A stretch of DNA of 41,215 nt from Candidatus Gottesmanbacteria bacterium CG_4_10_14_0_8_um_filter_37_24 (GCA_002785215.1 PFMK01000045.1:1-41215), one strand, 5' to 3'. Counted from the stretch's first letter, positions 17,273 through 27,554 are shown. Numbers and translations are program-made. Notes: generated from the sequence alone by a model not told the origin.

Positions 17273-18691
17273 TTATTCTTGAGGATTGTTGACAACACCC
17301 ATAAAGAGGATTTCCTTGCTTTCACGATCTGTTATGGCAAAAAAGAAAGGCTTGTTTACTTCCATATAAAAAGTATCTTTTTCATTCGGCAAAGAGGTGG
17401 TAAATACCATCTCCACGCTGGTAACAGCTGTGGCCTCAGTACCTTTTTCATCCAGATTTATGTATGTTTTATGTTTTACCTTGCTGATTTTTATATCATT
17501 TTCACTTCTCATTTTGCTGAAGTCAGCATTGTCACTGAAAGCTACACCCATGCCTAAAGAAGACAAGGTATCTTTTAGTTCTTTGTCGTATTCGATTTTA
17601 AATTTTGGCAGGATAAGAGTACCCTCTTTTTCTTTAAAATTATTTACCCAGTTGTTCCAGTTATCAAGGCTAAGTTTATTTTCCAGTTGGGATATATTGT
17701 CTTTAGGTAGAAACACATACATGCCTAGATTTTTCTCTTTACCATATGGTAAATATATTCCTTGAAAATCGTCATTTTCCAAATAAAAATAATCTTTTCT
17801 CTCCTGCGTCATCGAAGGATGATTAATCTTTGTCAGATCAGGGAGAGTAAATGATTTTTCTTTCGTCAGCTTCGTGTCAAACTCATAAGTCCAAATTCCT
17901 TTGAAATAGATGGCATTTATGAGATACATGACAACATCTTTATCTATGGGTGAAGATACGATACTTGGTATTTTACTTCTGGTATTTGTGCTTACCCAGG
18001 AATTTATGATATTTGCCGCGTTTGGAGAAGAAAAATCAATTGCTTGTACTTGGGCTTCATAATACTTTTTATTTGTTTCTAAGAATTGAGGATTAAATGT
18101 AATTTCTTCTCTCATCCATATCGAGTTGGCAATTGACACTTCTATATCCGGATTGAGAGATGTCAAATGTTTGATTAATTCACTTCCGGACGTGTTTATT
18201 TTTTCGAGATCCATTTTTGAGAAATGTAGGGTTTGAGTCATGGCATCTTTGGTTTTGTTGTCTGCGCCGTTATATACCATAGACAGAGCTAAAGCGATAC
18301 TGGATGGAGAGATAAAGATATTTTGCGTATCATCTTTTGTATTTATGAGTTTATGAAATATGTCGAAGCCAAATTCATTATGTGCGAGGGAAAGTTCTAA
18401 AGGCGGATTATATATCACACTTGGTTCGATGTGTAATGTCGGAGTTGGTTGCATTCCTGTAGGATTGGCCAGATCGATAGATTCCTTTTTAAAGACCTGA
18501 TAATATTTTGAAGTAAAAATACCAATACCTATAATAATGATGAACATTAACAGGAAATATTTATGATGAAGAAATAGACTGTTTTTTTGACTGTCTACTT
18601 TTGCTGAAGGTTGACTTTGCTTAAATGAAAAAGTATTCAGGTCTTCAGCCTGTTCTTCTGGCCGGTTCTTAGGGTTTGTATCTTTCGTCAC
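17273..18691 (-). CDS. serpin-family protease inhibitor with an N-terminal membrane anchor
   Basis: 472 aa. TM helix YFLLMFIIIIGIGIFT near aa 45-60. Serpin motifs NIFISPSSIALALSMVYNGA, hinge EKGTEATAV, and C-terminal VNKPFFFAI...FMGVVNNP. Confidence 0.8.
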   Translation of the reverse strand: MTKDTNPKNRPEEQAEDLNTFSFKQSQPSAKVDSQKNSLFLHHKYFLLMFIIIIGIGIFTSKYYQVFKKESIDLANPTGMQPTPTLHIEPSVIYNPPLELSLAHNEFGFDIFHKLINTKDDTQNIFISPSSIALALSMVYNGADNKTKDAMTQTLHFSKMDLEKINTSGSELIKHLTSLNPDIEVSIANSIWMREEITFNPQFLETNKKYYEAQVQAIDFSSPNAANIINSWVSTNTRSKIPSIVSSPIDKDVVMYLINAIYFKGIWTYEFDTKLTKEKSFTLPDLTKINHPSMTQERKDYFYLENDDFQGIYLPYGKEKNLGMYVFLPKDNISQLENKLSLDNWNNWVNNFKEKEGTLILPKFKIEYDKELKDTLSSLGMGVAFSDNADFSKMRSENDIKISKVKHKTYINLDEKGTEATAVTSVEMVFTTSLPNEKDTFYMEVNKPFFFAITDRESKEILFMGVVNNPQE

Positions 18692-18749
18692 AAATTTATT
18701 ATAACAGATATTTTATAGTGATGTTATTAATCGCCTAATGATCTGGTTT

Positions 18750-19226
18750 TCATGCTTTAAAATAATATAGAATTAAAAATACCGCTATATTCAACATAAA
18801 GGCATAGCCACTGCTTATTGTTGAGATGTATACCTGAGATTGTAATTTACCTATGGTTTGGGACAATTTAATTTGATTTTTGACTGCTTTCTGGTAGCCG
18901 ATCTCTGCCAATTTAGTACTGATAAGTCCAATAATAATATTTGTTAGCCTGAAGACAAACGGATTCACAGATGTCAGTCCAAATACCCTGGATAAAGAAT
19001 TTATAGCTTCACCTTGGGCAAGACTTACCAGAGATAAAGCAAAATAAATCAATTTATGTGATATTGTAGAGAGATTTTGAGAATTGGATATAGTTACATA
19101 ACCTTCTTTCTGAATCTGAGGAGTCGCAGACTTTAGATAAGCCTTATACTCATCCGGAATATCATCATAAGAGGAGTATTCTTTACCGTTTATTATGTAC
19201 TTTTGTACTGTTATAGCGTTGTTCAT
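18750..19226 (-). CDS. hypothetical membrane protein
   Basis: 158-aa ORF with several hydrophobic segments, 7 nt downstream of the flavodoxin-like gene on the same strand. Confidence 0.45.
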   Translation of the reverse strand: MNNAITVQKYIINGKEYSSYDDIPDEYKAYLKSATPQIQKEGYVTISNSQNLSTISHKLIYFALSLVSLAQGEAINSLSRVFGLTSVNPFVFRLTNIIIGLISTKLAEIGYQKAVKNQIKLSQTIGKLQSQVYISTISSGYAFMLNIAVFLILYYFKA

Positions 19227-19233
19227 AAAGAAT

Positions 19234-19716
19234 TTATCCGATCAGAAGAGCCTTCATAACCATTTTTATATTTTCCGCAAAATTCTCTGCTTTTCTTATG
19301 TCCTCTTTATTCGGTCGCCCTTTGTTAAGTCCCCCAATATGTTTCAAGGGTCCCACAGTATCATAACCTCTGCAGCAAAAAGTACCGATGATATCATATC
19401 CCTTATTCTCCAGCTTTTGGACAAGGGGAGCATTGAAATCGTTCAGATATTTTATCTGCCAGGAACCGCTGGAGGTAAAAATAAAAGCTTTTTTATTTTT
19501 TACTTTAGGTAGCTTGTCTATCAATTGGAACAGACTTTCATGGTGAATGGAGAAATATATCCCTGATCCGAATCCTAAAAGGTCATATTTTTTAAGAGAG
19601 GGAATATCCACTTTATCAGGTTTAGATATTTTTGCTTTTAATACTTTGCCGATTGCTCGGGCAATTTTTTCTGTGTTTTTATGATGGATAGAATTATAAA
19701 TGATAAGCGTTTTCAC
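19234..19716 (-). CDS. flavodoxin-like fold protein
   Basis: 160 aa. N-terminal MKTLIIYNSIHHKNTEKIARAI has the flavodoxin phosphate-loop layout, followed by alternating beta/alpha segments. Confidence 0.6.
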   Translation of the reverse strand: MKTLIIYNSIHHKNTEKIARAIGKVLKAKISKPDKVDIPSLKKYDLLGFGSGIYFSIHHESLFQLIDKLPKVKNKKAFIFTSSGSWQIKYLNDFNAPLVQKLENKGYDIIGTFCCRGYDTVGPLKHIGGLNKGRPNKEDIRKAENFAENIKMVMKALLIG

Positions 19717-19971
19717 CTTATTTAATTGAAAACATCAATGAAAATGTTATAATGTGTAAGCTGTATTGTTGTTAGATATATGATATTTTATAGATATATA
19801 ATGTAGTAGGCAATACTGATTTTATTGATAAGGAGTAAGTTTCAGAAATAATACAAAATATTTTCCCTTCACAAAATATGTGAGTAGATGATATGATGTT
19901 TTTAATACATACTTAATATGTAAATATGTCTAATTATATTGAAGAGTAACAATCGAAAGAACTCTCTTTTT

Positions 19972-20979
19972 ATGAATAATTTAGTTCAAGCAAATAAAAT
20001 CATATCAAAGATAGCTAAAGAGAATCCGTGTATTACTCCCATTACCGTCAGGGATTATGCTTTGTTTAATAAATTTTTCCACAAAGAACCTTATACCTAT
20101 GGTAATTCATGGACATATGTAATTCAAGGTATGTATGGGATAGGGGAAAATAATCTCGGGTATAAGTACTTTGATGGGGGAAATTTATCCGCTGTATGTG
20201 TTTTTCCAAAAATTGAAAAACCCGATCTGAATGTTTTTTACTGGATACGACCAATGGGTAAGTCCATTCTAGATGTAATTGATAAATTATCCAAAAATTA
20301 TCATAAGGAACACAAGCTTCCCATTTACGTTAAGAAAATATTCAAGGAACAGTATGAATATCTACGTAATAAAGGATTCAAAAATACTTCAAATTTTCCT
20401 TGGCATTCCAGTTGTCCTTCGGAAGACGATACTTATCCTGAACAGATACTTGATATTGCCCATACCATAGATATAGCAAAGAAATTAGGGAAAACCAGAC
20501 AATTAAACAGATCATATAGGTACTATGAACAACTGAAAAAAGATGAAACTTTAAAAGAAGGCTCAATATACGATCATAAGAAGGAAGCAAAAAAAGTATT
20601 GATTAGTTTCTTTCAAGAGGAAATAAAAAGCAGATCACTTAATATTTCAAATCCTTATGATTTCTATAATATAGTTTTGAATAAATTAAATAGTGAGTCC
20701 ACGATAGAGAAAATAATTAAAATAGATAGAACGTATGTTGCATTTCATTTATCAGAAATACAAAATAAAGAACTTGCTTCATTATATGCTCTAATATCAC
20801 TACGGAATCAATCGAATCATATTGTTGATTTTCTTATGTTTGATACGTTTTATTTACTTCTCAAGAGTGATATCAAGTTTATTAATTTAGGGGGATCTGA
20901 AATAGAGAGCTTGTACCAGTTTAAAATAAAATTCCGTCCGATAAAAGAGAATATTATGTATTGGTCCGTATTATATTAA
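19972..20979 (+). CDS. hypothetical protein (possibly DUF2156 / lysyl-PG-synthase C-terminal-domain-like)
   Basis: The ORF track starts at a TTG (19939); the first ATG is at 19972. The family guess comes from general resemblance only. Confidence 0.4.
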   Translation: MNNLVQANKIISKIAKENPCITPITVRDYALFNKFFHKEPYTYGNSWTYVIQGMYGIGENNLGYKYFDGGNLSAVCVFPKIEKPDLNVFYWIRPMGKSILDVIDKLSKNYHKEHKLPIYVKKIFKEQYEYLRNKGFKNTSNFPWHSSCPSEDDTYPEQILDIAHTIDIAKKLGKTRQLNRSYRYYEQLKKDETLKEGSIYDHKKEAKKVLISFFQEEIKSRSLNISNPYDFYNIVLNKLNSESTIEKIIKIDRTYVAFHLSEIQNKELASLYALISLRNQSNHIVDFLMFDTFYLLLKSDIKFINLGGSEIESLYQFKIKFRPIKENIMYWSVLY

Positions 20980-20983
20980 AAAT

Positions 20984-21751
20984 CTATTTGATAGTAGGAA
21001 GCAGACGCCACAACATTTCAAATAGCGCTTTCGCATTTTTATACATATCATCATTGACTATTAGAATACCTTTCAGTTCCTGTTTACCGGCAATCATTGC
21101 TATTTTTCCGTCAAAAATCATATAATCGAAAACACTTATATTCCAGTCAGAAGGAAAAAATTTATATGAATATCTTTTTGGGTCGACAGTCTTTACATAA
21201 TTTCTTGATATCAGCGAATCTTCAATAATTTCCCACATTTTTAAATGTTTCCTGCTTACCGCTTCAGGAAAAAGTTGAGGGTTTTCAGGAAAAACTTCAA
21301 AGATATTGCTTATATTCACATACGATCTCAATTCGGTTGATTTTAATACTTCCCTATAAATAGCTTTGACACCATTTTTGCCCTGAAAAAATTTGACGTC
21401 GAAATGCCTTTCTGGCTTGTTTATTAAAGGCATAGTCTTTTTCATCAAAGGAATGGTATTGATAAACTCCTCTTTTAATCTTTTAACATGATTATCTTTT
21501 TGTTCTATAAGATACTGGAGAGAATCGGGTGATTGTGCGGTAAGTTCTCTTGATCTACCCTGTTTTACATGAGTAATTAGTCCTTTGTCTATAAGGTTTT
21601 GGACGTTGAAATGTGTAGTGACCCGATTCATTTGAAGTGAATGAGCCAATTCAGTCATTGAAGATTGACCAAGCTCCGTTAGTCTAGTATAAATTTTTGC
21701 TTCAGCTGTTGATAAGCCGAGATTGATTAAAAAATCCAAGATCTTTTTCAT
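20984..21751 (-). CDS. TrmB-family transcriptional regulator
   Basis: 255 aa. N-terminal winged HTH: LGLSTAEAKIYTRLTELGQSSMTELAHSLQMNRVTTHFNVQNLIDKGLITHVKQGRSRE. Confidence 0.7.
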   Translation of the reverse strand: MKKILDFLINLGLSTAEAKIYTRLTELGQSSMTELAHSLQMNRVTTHFNVQNLIDKGLITHVKQGRSRELTAQSPDSLQYLIEQKDNHVKRLKEEFINTIPLMKKTMPLINKPERHFDVKFFQGKNGVKAIYREVLKSTELRSYVNISNIFEVFPENPQLFPEAVSRKHLKMWEIIEDSLISRNYVKTVDPKRYSYKFFPSDWNISVFDYMIFDGKIAMIAGKQELKGILIVNDDMYKNAKALFEMLWRLLPTIK

Positions 21752-22063
21752 AGTTTAATTGATACGAACTGTTAATTCTAAATTACACATGATATAATAT
21801 ATAATTACTGAAACAACAACAACAAATCGTAAATGTAAAAAATATGTAAACGTAAATTTAAGTATGCCTAATCATTAGATAGAATAATATGTTCTAAGGT
21901 ATTAATATATAATGCTCAATAAAAATTAAATTACCATTAACCGTTCATAATAATTTACACACGTTTATTCTTATATTTGCCTTTAGGACGAGGAATACCT
22001 TAAAAGACAAAGCATAATGTAAATATAACATAGAATATGTTATAAATCAATATATAACATAAT

Positions 22064-22092
22064 TTGACAAATGACTACTAGGGCCCTACAAT
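22064..22092 (+). promoter_or_regulatory. near-consensus promoter TTGACA-17 nt-TACAAT upstream of ORF 22109
   Basis: Hexamers at 22064..22069 and 22087..22092 with exactly 17-nt spacing. The predicted transcription start lies about 10 nt before the ATG. Confidence 0.4.
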
Positions 22093-22108
22093 ACTCTTTA
22101 TACTGAAT

Positions 22109-22516
22109 ATGTTCTTACCATTGAACAATAAATTTCTGATTCAAATTTTCGGGCTTCTGTCACAAAAGAAATATACAGAAGCAGAAAAAAATGTTTTAGA
22201 TATTCTGTCTGGAGTCGTGGAAAATAGATCCGAAAAAGGTAAGGAAAATTATCTTGTTTTTTTAGAAGTACTCTATAATGATTTCGATTTTTATTACCGA
22301 AAGTGGTTACAAAAGAAAGGTTTAAGCGACGGTCTTTTAGAGGATAATACGACCCATATTGAACATGATCAAAATTACTTCCTCCACCATTGTTCAAACC
22401 CCGGTAAGATGAACGATTTATTATGGGAGTTGGGTGTATGTTTGATGACCAAGAAAGATATCAAAAACAGGAAGAGAATTGTAAATACCATTGAGAAATA
22501 TAGGAAAATCTACTAA
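22109..22516 (+). CDS. hypothetical protein
   Basis: 135-aa ORF. I prefer it over the overlapping minus-strand 99-aa ORF because of the promoter-like element immediately upstream. Confidence 0.4.
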   Translation: MFLPLNNKFLIQIFGLLSQKKYTEAEKNVLDILSGVVENRSEKGKENYLVFLEVLYNDFDFYYRKWLQKKGLSDGLLEDNTTHIEHDQNYFLHHCSNPGKMNDLLWELGVCLMTKKDIKNRKRIVNTIEKYRKIY

Positions 22517-22658
22517 TAAATCACTTCCTCTTCAAATAATCCCCAGCTTATTTTAAAAGACAAATGTTCCAAAGAATATTAAGGGATTAATCAATAACAT
22601 ATTTTTCTGATCATTAATTATCATTGATTAACTTGAATATTTTCACTAGACTGAATTT

Positions 22659-24017
22659 ATGGTTGAAACATCACAAGTGTTAGGTGATAAATCTTTAGTG
22701 GTGATTTTTACATATGCACCAGCAGGACTTGGTCATCTACGCGTGACTGATGCTTTATATCACGGATTGCCCTCAAATGTTATTCCTGTTTTGTTGGGAT
22801 CAGATGACAAATCGATAAGTTTTATACATAGAATAACCAGCGTTCATCCGATGCTCCGTGGTCTCATGGAAATGACGCAAAAAGGAATATTGGAGGATGT
22901 ATTTACCTACCTTTACAGAAACTATTTAAAATCCATGTCTGAAAATATATACAATAAAATTATTTCCATCCTTGATCAAAGGATTGAACTCCCCAGAACA
23001 ATTCTCGTTGTGTCAACTCATTTCGGTCTTGCTCATCAGCTGGTTGAGGTGAAAGAAAAGCTTAAAAGAGAAAAAAATATCAACATCTATACCATAGTTC
23101 AGGTTACGGATGACAGTCCTCAGCATCTGTGGTACGTTTCCGGAGCAGATATAATATTTGTACCCAGTAAAGAGACGAAAATTGAATTAATGAAATATGG
23201 CGGGTCTTTAGGGGAGAATAAGACTCGTATTGAAGTGGTAGCCTATCCGTTAAGTCCTAAATTAGGACAATTATTATTAGATAAAGAATTTAATACCCGT
23301 CAAAAAACGCTCATGCCTTACAGTAAGTTGACAATCAATATTGCCGTACCAGTTTCAGGAGCCGCAGTGGGGACTGATTATTTGGAAAGATTAATTGATA
23401 TTCTAAGTAATCAGTCCTATAAGTATATTTTTCAAGTAGTATCAAAATCCAGATCATATACAAGACCTTTTTTAGAAAGAATCAAAGATAAAAATAATGT
23501 AAAATTGTCTGCTTGTGCCACGGACAGGGATACAGTAGATGAATACGAAAGAATATATTCAAATAATCTGATTTCTTTAGAGATTACAAAACCCAGTGAG
23601 TAGGCATTCAAAGCTTTGTTTTATCCAAGACAAAGAGGAGGCGTGATACTTCTTTTTTCAAGACCGGTAGGCAGGCAGGAATATGATAATTTGAACTTTC
23701 TAAGACGTCATAATTTAATTCCATCCTTACAAGAAACAGAATATATATGGAGACTTGCCAATAACTTTGCCGAAGGGAATAATATCGCTATTGACGCTCT
23801 TAATCTAAAAGCAAGAAATTGGAGAGCTTTAGAACTATCGGATGATCCCCAGGAATCTTCAAATATTATTTCGTTTCTACAGGATAAAGGGATATTAAAT
23901 TCTATGATAAATTTTTCACCGGAAGAGAAATTAAAACGTGACGTGCAAGATGAATTAAAGACTGATGGGGTAAAAATATTTTGGGAGAAAGTAGCCCAAT
24001 TTATTGTCAGTAAATAA
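22659..24017 (+). pseudogene. GT28 / MGDG-synthase-like glycosyltransferase interrupted by a single in-frame TAG (23601..23603)
   Basis: ORFs 22659..23603 and 23616..24017 are in the same frame. N-terminal part: FTYAPAGLGHLRVTDAL (GxGH motif). Junction reads ...ITKPSE*AFKALFYPRQRGG...PVGRQEYDNLNFL, so the stop falls inside the conserved TKPGG..SEAL...PGQE..N C-terminal GT-B motif. Confidence 0.6.
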
Positions 24018-24115
24018 CATATATATCTTTTCAGGATTAAAGTCTTTTCATGATAATAATCCACAATTTTGATTGTAGTATTGAAATAAAAAAATAGAAA
24101 CGTTAAGCTTTGGTT

Positions 24116-25054
24116 ATGGTTTTATTTGATATATTTTTATATTTAATTTCATTTGTGGCTGTTTGGATAGGCGCGGGATTGATAGTAGTCTCAGTTGAGG
24201 ATTTATCACATAAGCTGAATATTTCTTCATTTGCTACGTCTTTTTTCGTTTTAGGTATATTGACGTCAATTCCCGAAGCAATGGTCGGCGTGAATGCTTT
24301 GGTAGACAATGATCCGGCTATTTTTGTGGGTAATTTAATTGGGGCGTCGTTGGTGCTTTTTGTTTTAGTAATACCGATATTAGCCATATTAGGAAACGGC
24401 ATAATCCTGTCACATCAACTGAACAGTAAAAAATTACTGCTTTCGCTTCTGGTAATTATTGCCCCGGTTTTTTTAATTATCGATAATAAGGTCAGTTATT
24501 GGGAAGGTGTTTTCTTGATTCTCCTTTATTTTATTCTTTTCTACAGCATAGAGAAAAAGAAAGGCCTGTTGGAAAAAATCAGAGATAGGATAGTTGATGG
24601 GAAAACTCATATTTTAGTAGATTCTATAAAAATTCTGATTGGAGTACTGATTGTGTTTGTAGCCAGCAAGATAATCGTAGACAAAACCATTGTTTTTTCA
24701 GAAATTATAGACATGTCGCCTTATCTTATCAGTCTTTTAGTTTTATCTGTTGGTACAAATTTACCTGAATTATCACTTGCAATCCGTGCAGTTTCACTTG
24801 GCAAAAAAGAAATTGCTTTAGGAGACTATGTCGGATCAGCTGCCGCCGATACATTGATGTTTGGAATATTGACTATTTTTCATAAGGGGCCGATTCTGCT
24901 CTCTGATCATTTTGTGAGAACGTTAGCTTTTATGTTTATAGGGCTTGCTTCGTTTTACCTCTTCAGCCGCTCAAAGAATGATATTTCCAGAAAAGAAGGA
25001 TTGATACTACTTCTAATTTACATTTTATTTATATTTGTTGAAACAATTAATTGA
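24116..25054 (+). CDS. Ca2+/cation antiporter (CaCA, YrbG-like sodium/calcium exchanger family)
   Basis: About 10 TM helices and two alpha-repeat motifs (GILTSIPEAMVG and GTNLPELSLAI). The ATG at 24116 lies just inside the TTG of the ORF track. Confidence 0.75.
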   Translation: MVLFDIFLYLISFVAVWIGAGLIVVSVEDLSHKLNISSFATSFFVLGILTSIPEAMVGVNALVDNDPAIFVGNLIGASLVLFVLVIPILAILGNGIILSHQLNSKKLLLSLLVIIAPVFLIIDNKVSYWEGVFLILLYFILFYSIEKKKGLLEKIRDRIVDGKTHILVDSIKILIGVLIVFVASKIIVDKTIVFSEIIDMSPYLISLLVLSVGTNLPELSLAIRAVSLGKKEIALGDYVGSAAADTLMFGILTIFHKGPILLSDHFVRTLAFMFIGLASFYLFSRSKNDISRKEGLILLLIYILFIFVETIN

Positions 25055-25100
25055 CCATCAACAAAGAATAATTTCAGTTCTTTGACTATAATCTTCCGGA

Positions 25101-25553
25101 CTAAAGATAGCTTTTTATCCTATATCTTTTTGTAGATGTTTTACCATTATCGTATTTGGCCGTGAGGAGAAGAGTGGCACTGCGGATATTTTGATGATAA
25201 GTACATACACCGCTTGAACAGGTGCCAAAAAGAAGTTCCCTCTCTGAAGTAGGATTATTGTCCTTCCTGATAACACCGCCTGCTCCTTGTGACAGGCCAT
25301 TACTGGTATAGGTGAAAGAATAAGAAACTGAATCCAGATTATTAAAATTTGTAAATAAAAGCAAAATTCCTCTCTTGTTAGGTCTGTATTTTACTTTTGA
25401 AGGGATGGAAACTGAGGATCTAACAGTGTTTGTTTTTGTATTTTGAGAAGGCGTTTTCGGAATAAATTTTTTAGCCGCTAAGATTTTAACAGGGTGAATT
25501 AACCAAAGAGTAATAATAATAAGAATAAATAATAGATGAGTAAAATATTTCAC
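25101..25553 (-). CDS. secreted hypothetical protein
   Basis: 150 aa with an N-terminal signal-like helix (LLFILIIITLWLIHPVKILAA). Confidence 0.5.
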   Translation of the reverse strand: MKYFTHLLFILIIITLWLIHPVKILAAKKFIPKTPSQNTKTNTVRSSVSIPSKVKYRPNKRGILLLFTNFNNLDSVSYSFTYTSNGLSQGAGGVIRKDNNPTSERELLFGTCSSGVCTYHQNIRSATLLLTAKYDNGKTSTKRYRIKSYL

Positions 25554-25611
25554 ATTATCATTTTAGGATTAAATGTAGTAATAATCAAGCTATATTGATA
25601 TACTAGAGATC

Positions 25612-26241
25612 ATGGGGAAAAAAACAGTCGTGACTATTCTTGTCATTTTATTAATTGCTCTAGGATTAATATACTCTATTTACATTAGAGGTTATTTATT
25701 TCAGAAAGTTGTTTCGCCCATACCCGATATTCAACCAACAAGCGAGCAGGTAGAAGTGGAAATGAATACTTGGGTTGACCAGTCCGAATTTAAAGTCAAC
25801 TATCCAAAAAATTTAAAGATAAATCCTCACGACGAGGATAAGGAAAATTATGCACATTTGGAATTTACCTCAGAAGATCATCCGGGAAATATCATTATTT
25901 GGGTAAAAGACACACAATTTCTTGATTTGAATGATTGGATGATTAAGATGAAGATTGATAAAGCAATTGATAGTAATCTAGGCGGTATACCTTCAAAAAA
26001 AACCATTAGCAGTATGGGTTCTCAAAAGTTGACTAATACCGTTATCAGAAATGGGTATTTATATCAGATTGAAACAAACCTAAAAGACGCTCCGTACTGG
26101 CAAGATGTATATAATAAAATAGCTGCTTCGTTTGAGTTTGTTTCACCGGAAACACAGACATCTCAAAAAAACCCGCAATCAGACTCAAGTAGCGGCGGTA
26201 ATGAGGATTTCGTTGCTGATGAGGAGGAAACAATCGAGTAG
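25612..26241 (+). CDS. membrane-anchored hypothetical protein with an acidic tail
   Basis: 209 aa with an N-terminal TM helix (VVTILVILLIALGLIYSIYI) and C-terminal DFVADEEETIE. Confidence 0.5.
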   Translation: MGKKTVVTILVILLIALGLIYSIYIRGYLFQKVVSPIPDIQPTSEQVEVEMNTWVDQSEFKVNYPKNLKINPHDEDKENYAHLEFTSEDHPGNIIIWVKDTQFLDLNDWMIKMKIDKAIDSNLGGIPSKKTISSMGSQKLTNTVIRNGYLYQIETNLKDAPYWQDVYNKIAASFEFVSPETQTSQKNPQSDSSSGGNEDFVADEEETIE

Positions 26242-26255
26242 AAAAGAAGTAAATT

Positions 26256-27527
26256 ATGAAACGGTATTTTTTTATTTTAGGAAGAAATCCTGATCTGTCT
26301 GTTCTTGAATTAATCTCCGTCTTTGATAATCGCACAATTCCTTATAAAATCTGCTTAGTATCTCGTGAAGCCGGTATATTTGAATTAGGAGAGAAAAATC
26401 AAATATCTGAGCTAATTAAAATATTCGGAGGTACAGTAAAAATTGGGGAAATCATGGACGAAATTGGATTTTCAGATGATTATTCTGAATTCGAGAAAAT
26501 ATTATCTGCTTCCAACTTAATAAAAAAATATTTACCATCGATAGAAGGTAAAGCGCATTTTGGTATAAGTATTTATGACGTGGGGGGAGATAATCTATAT
26601 TTATCAAAAATTACTTCTCAACTGAAAACTCTTAACATTCAGATTAAGGATAACTTGAGAGAAAAAGGAATTCATGCAGGTTTTGTAAAAATAAAAAATA
26701 GATTTCTTTCCAGCGTGTCTGTCGAAAAAAATCAATTGATAAACAAAGGTATGGAGTTGGTGATACTAGTCAGCAAAGAAAAATTATTATTTGGCAAATC
26801 ACTTCGCGTCCAGGAATTTTCCGATTTTAGTTTAAGAGATGTTGGCAGGCCTTATCGAGATAAAAAATCAGGAATTATACCTCCGAAACTGGCAAGGATG
26901 ATGATAAACATTGCTCAAGTAGATAGAGGTGATATCCTTCTTGATCCATTCTGCGGAAGCGGAACTTTGTTGCAGGAAGCAGTAGTATTAGGATATAAGC
27001 ACATAATAGGATCGGATATCAGCGCGAAAGCCATAGCAGACACAAAGAACAATCTTAATTGGTTGTTTGGTCAATTCCAGGAATTGAAAAGAGAAATATA
27101 TGATATGAATCTTATTCAGGCAGATGTAAGTAATTTATATTCATCCATTAAGGAGGCAAGAATCGGGGCAATAATTACAGAGCCTTATCTGGGACCACCG
27201 CTTTCTCATAAACCTGGCATAAATGAAGTAAAAGAGACAATATCAAACCTAAGCCGATTGTATTTAAAGGCATTTACTCAATTTTCCAAAATATTAGATC
27301 CCGACGGACGCGTCGTGATTATATTCCCATGTTTTGAAATCTCCGGTAATTTATTTTTTTTAGATATATTACAGGATATTCGTAATTTGGGTTTTGAAAC
27401 TCATCATTATAAGATCGATAACAGTTGGAGTAGTTACCTGAAATTTACCAAACGAGGATCAATAATTTATAGTAGCGAGATTAAGTTTTTCCAACGGGAA
27501 ATTCTTTCTTTTGTTAAGATAAAATGA
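26256..27527 (+). CDS. SAM-dependent RNA methyltransferase (UPF0020 / Trm11-RlmL-like)
   Basis: 423 aa with motif I LLDPFCGSGTLLQEA and motif IV-like ITEPYLGPP. Confidence 0.6.
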   Translation: MKRYFFILGRNPDLSVLELISVFDNRTIPYKICLVSREAGIFELGEKNQISELIKIFGGTVKIGEIMDEIGFSDDYSEFEKILSASNLIKKYLPSIEGKAHFGISIYDVGGDNLYLSKITSQLKTLNIQIKDNLREKGIHAGFVKIKNRFLSSVSVEKNQLINKGMELVILVSKEKLLFGKSLRVQEFSDFSLRDVGRPYRDKKSGIIPPKLARMMINIAQVDRGDILLDPFCGSGTLLQEAVVLGYKHIIGSDISAKAIADTKNNLNWLFGQFQELKREIYDMNLIQADVSNLYSSIKEARIGAIITEPYLGPPLSHKPGINEVKETISNLSRLYLKAFTQFSKILDPDGRVVIIFPCFEISGNLFFLDILQDIRNLGFETHHYKIDNSWSSYLKFTKRGSIIYSSEIKFFQREILSFVKIK

Positions 27528-27554
27528 TATGCTTGACAATTATTATTCAATATT

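Noticed and set aside
22098-22397. Minus-strand 99-aa ORF overlapping ORF 22109..22516
   Set aside because: The plus-strand ORF is longer and is preceded by a TTGACA-17-TACAAT promoter. The minus-strand ORF has no comparable signal. Both remain weakly supported.
23601-23603. Genome-wide TAG reassignment (or UGA recoding, as in some candidate phyla)
   Set aside because: TAG ends thyA (directly followed by the folA ATG) and mvk. TGA ends many ORFs and forms ATGA start/stop overlaps at 530..533 and 14681..14684. The standard code fits the whole window.
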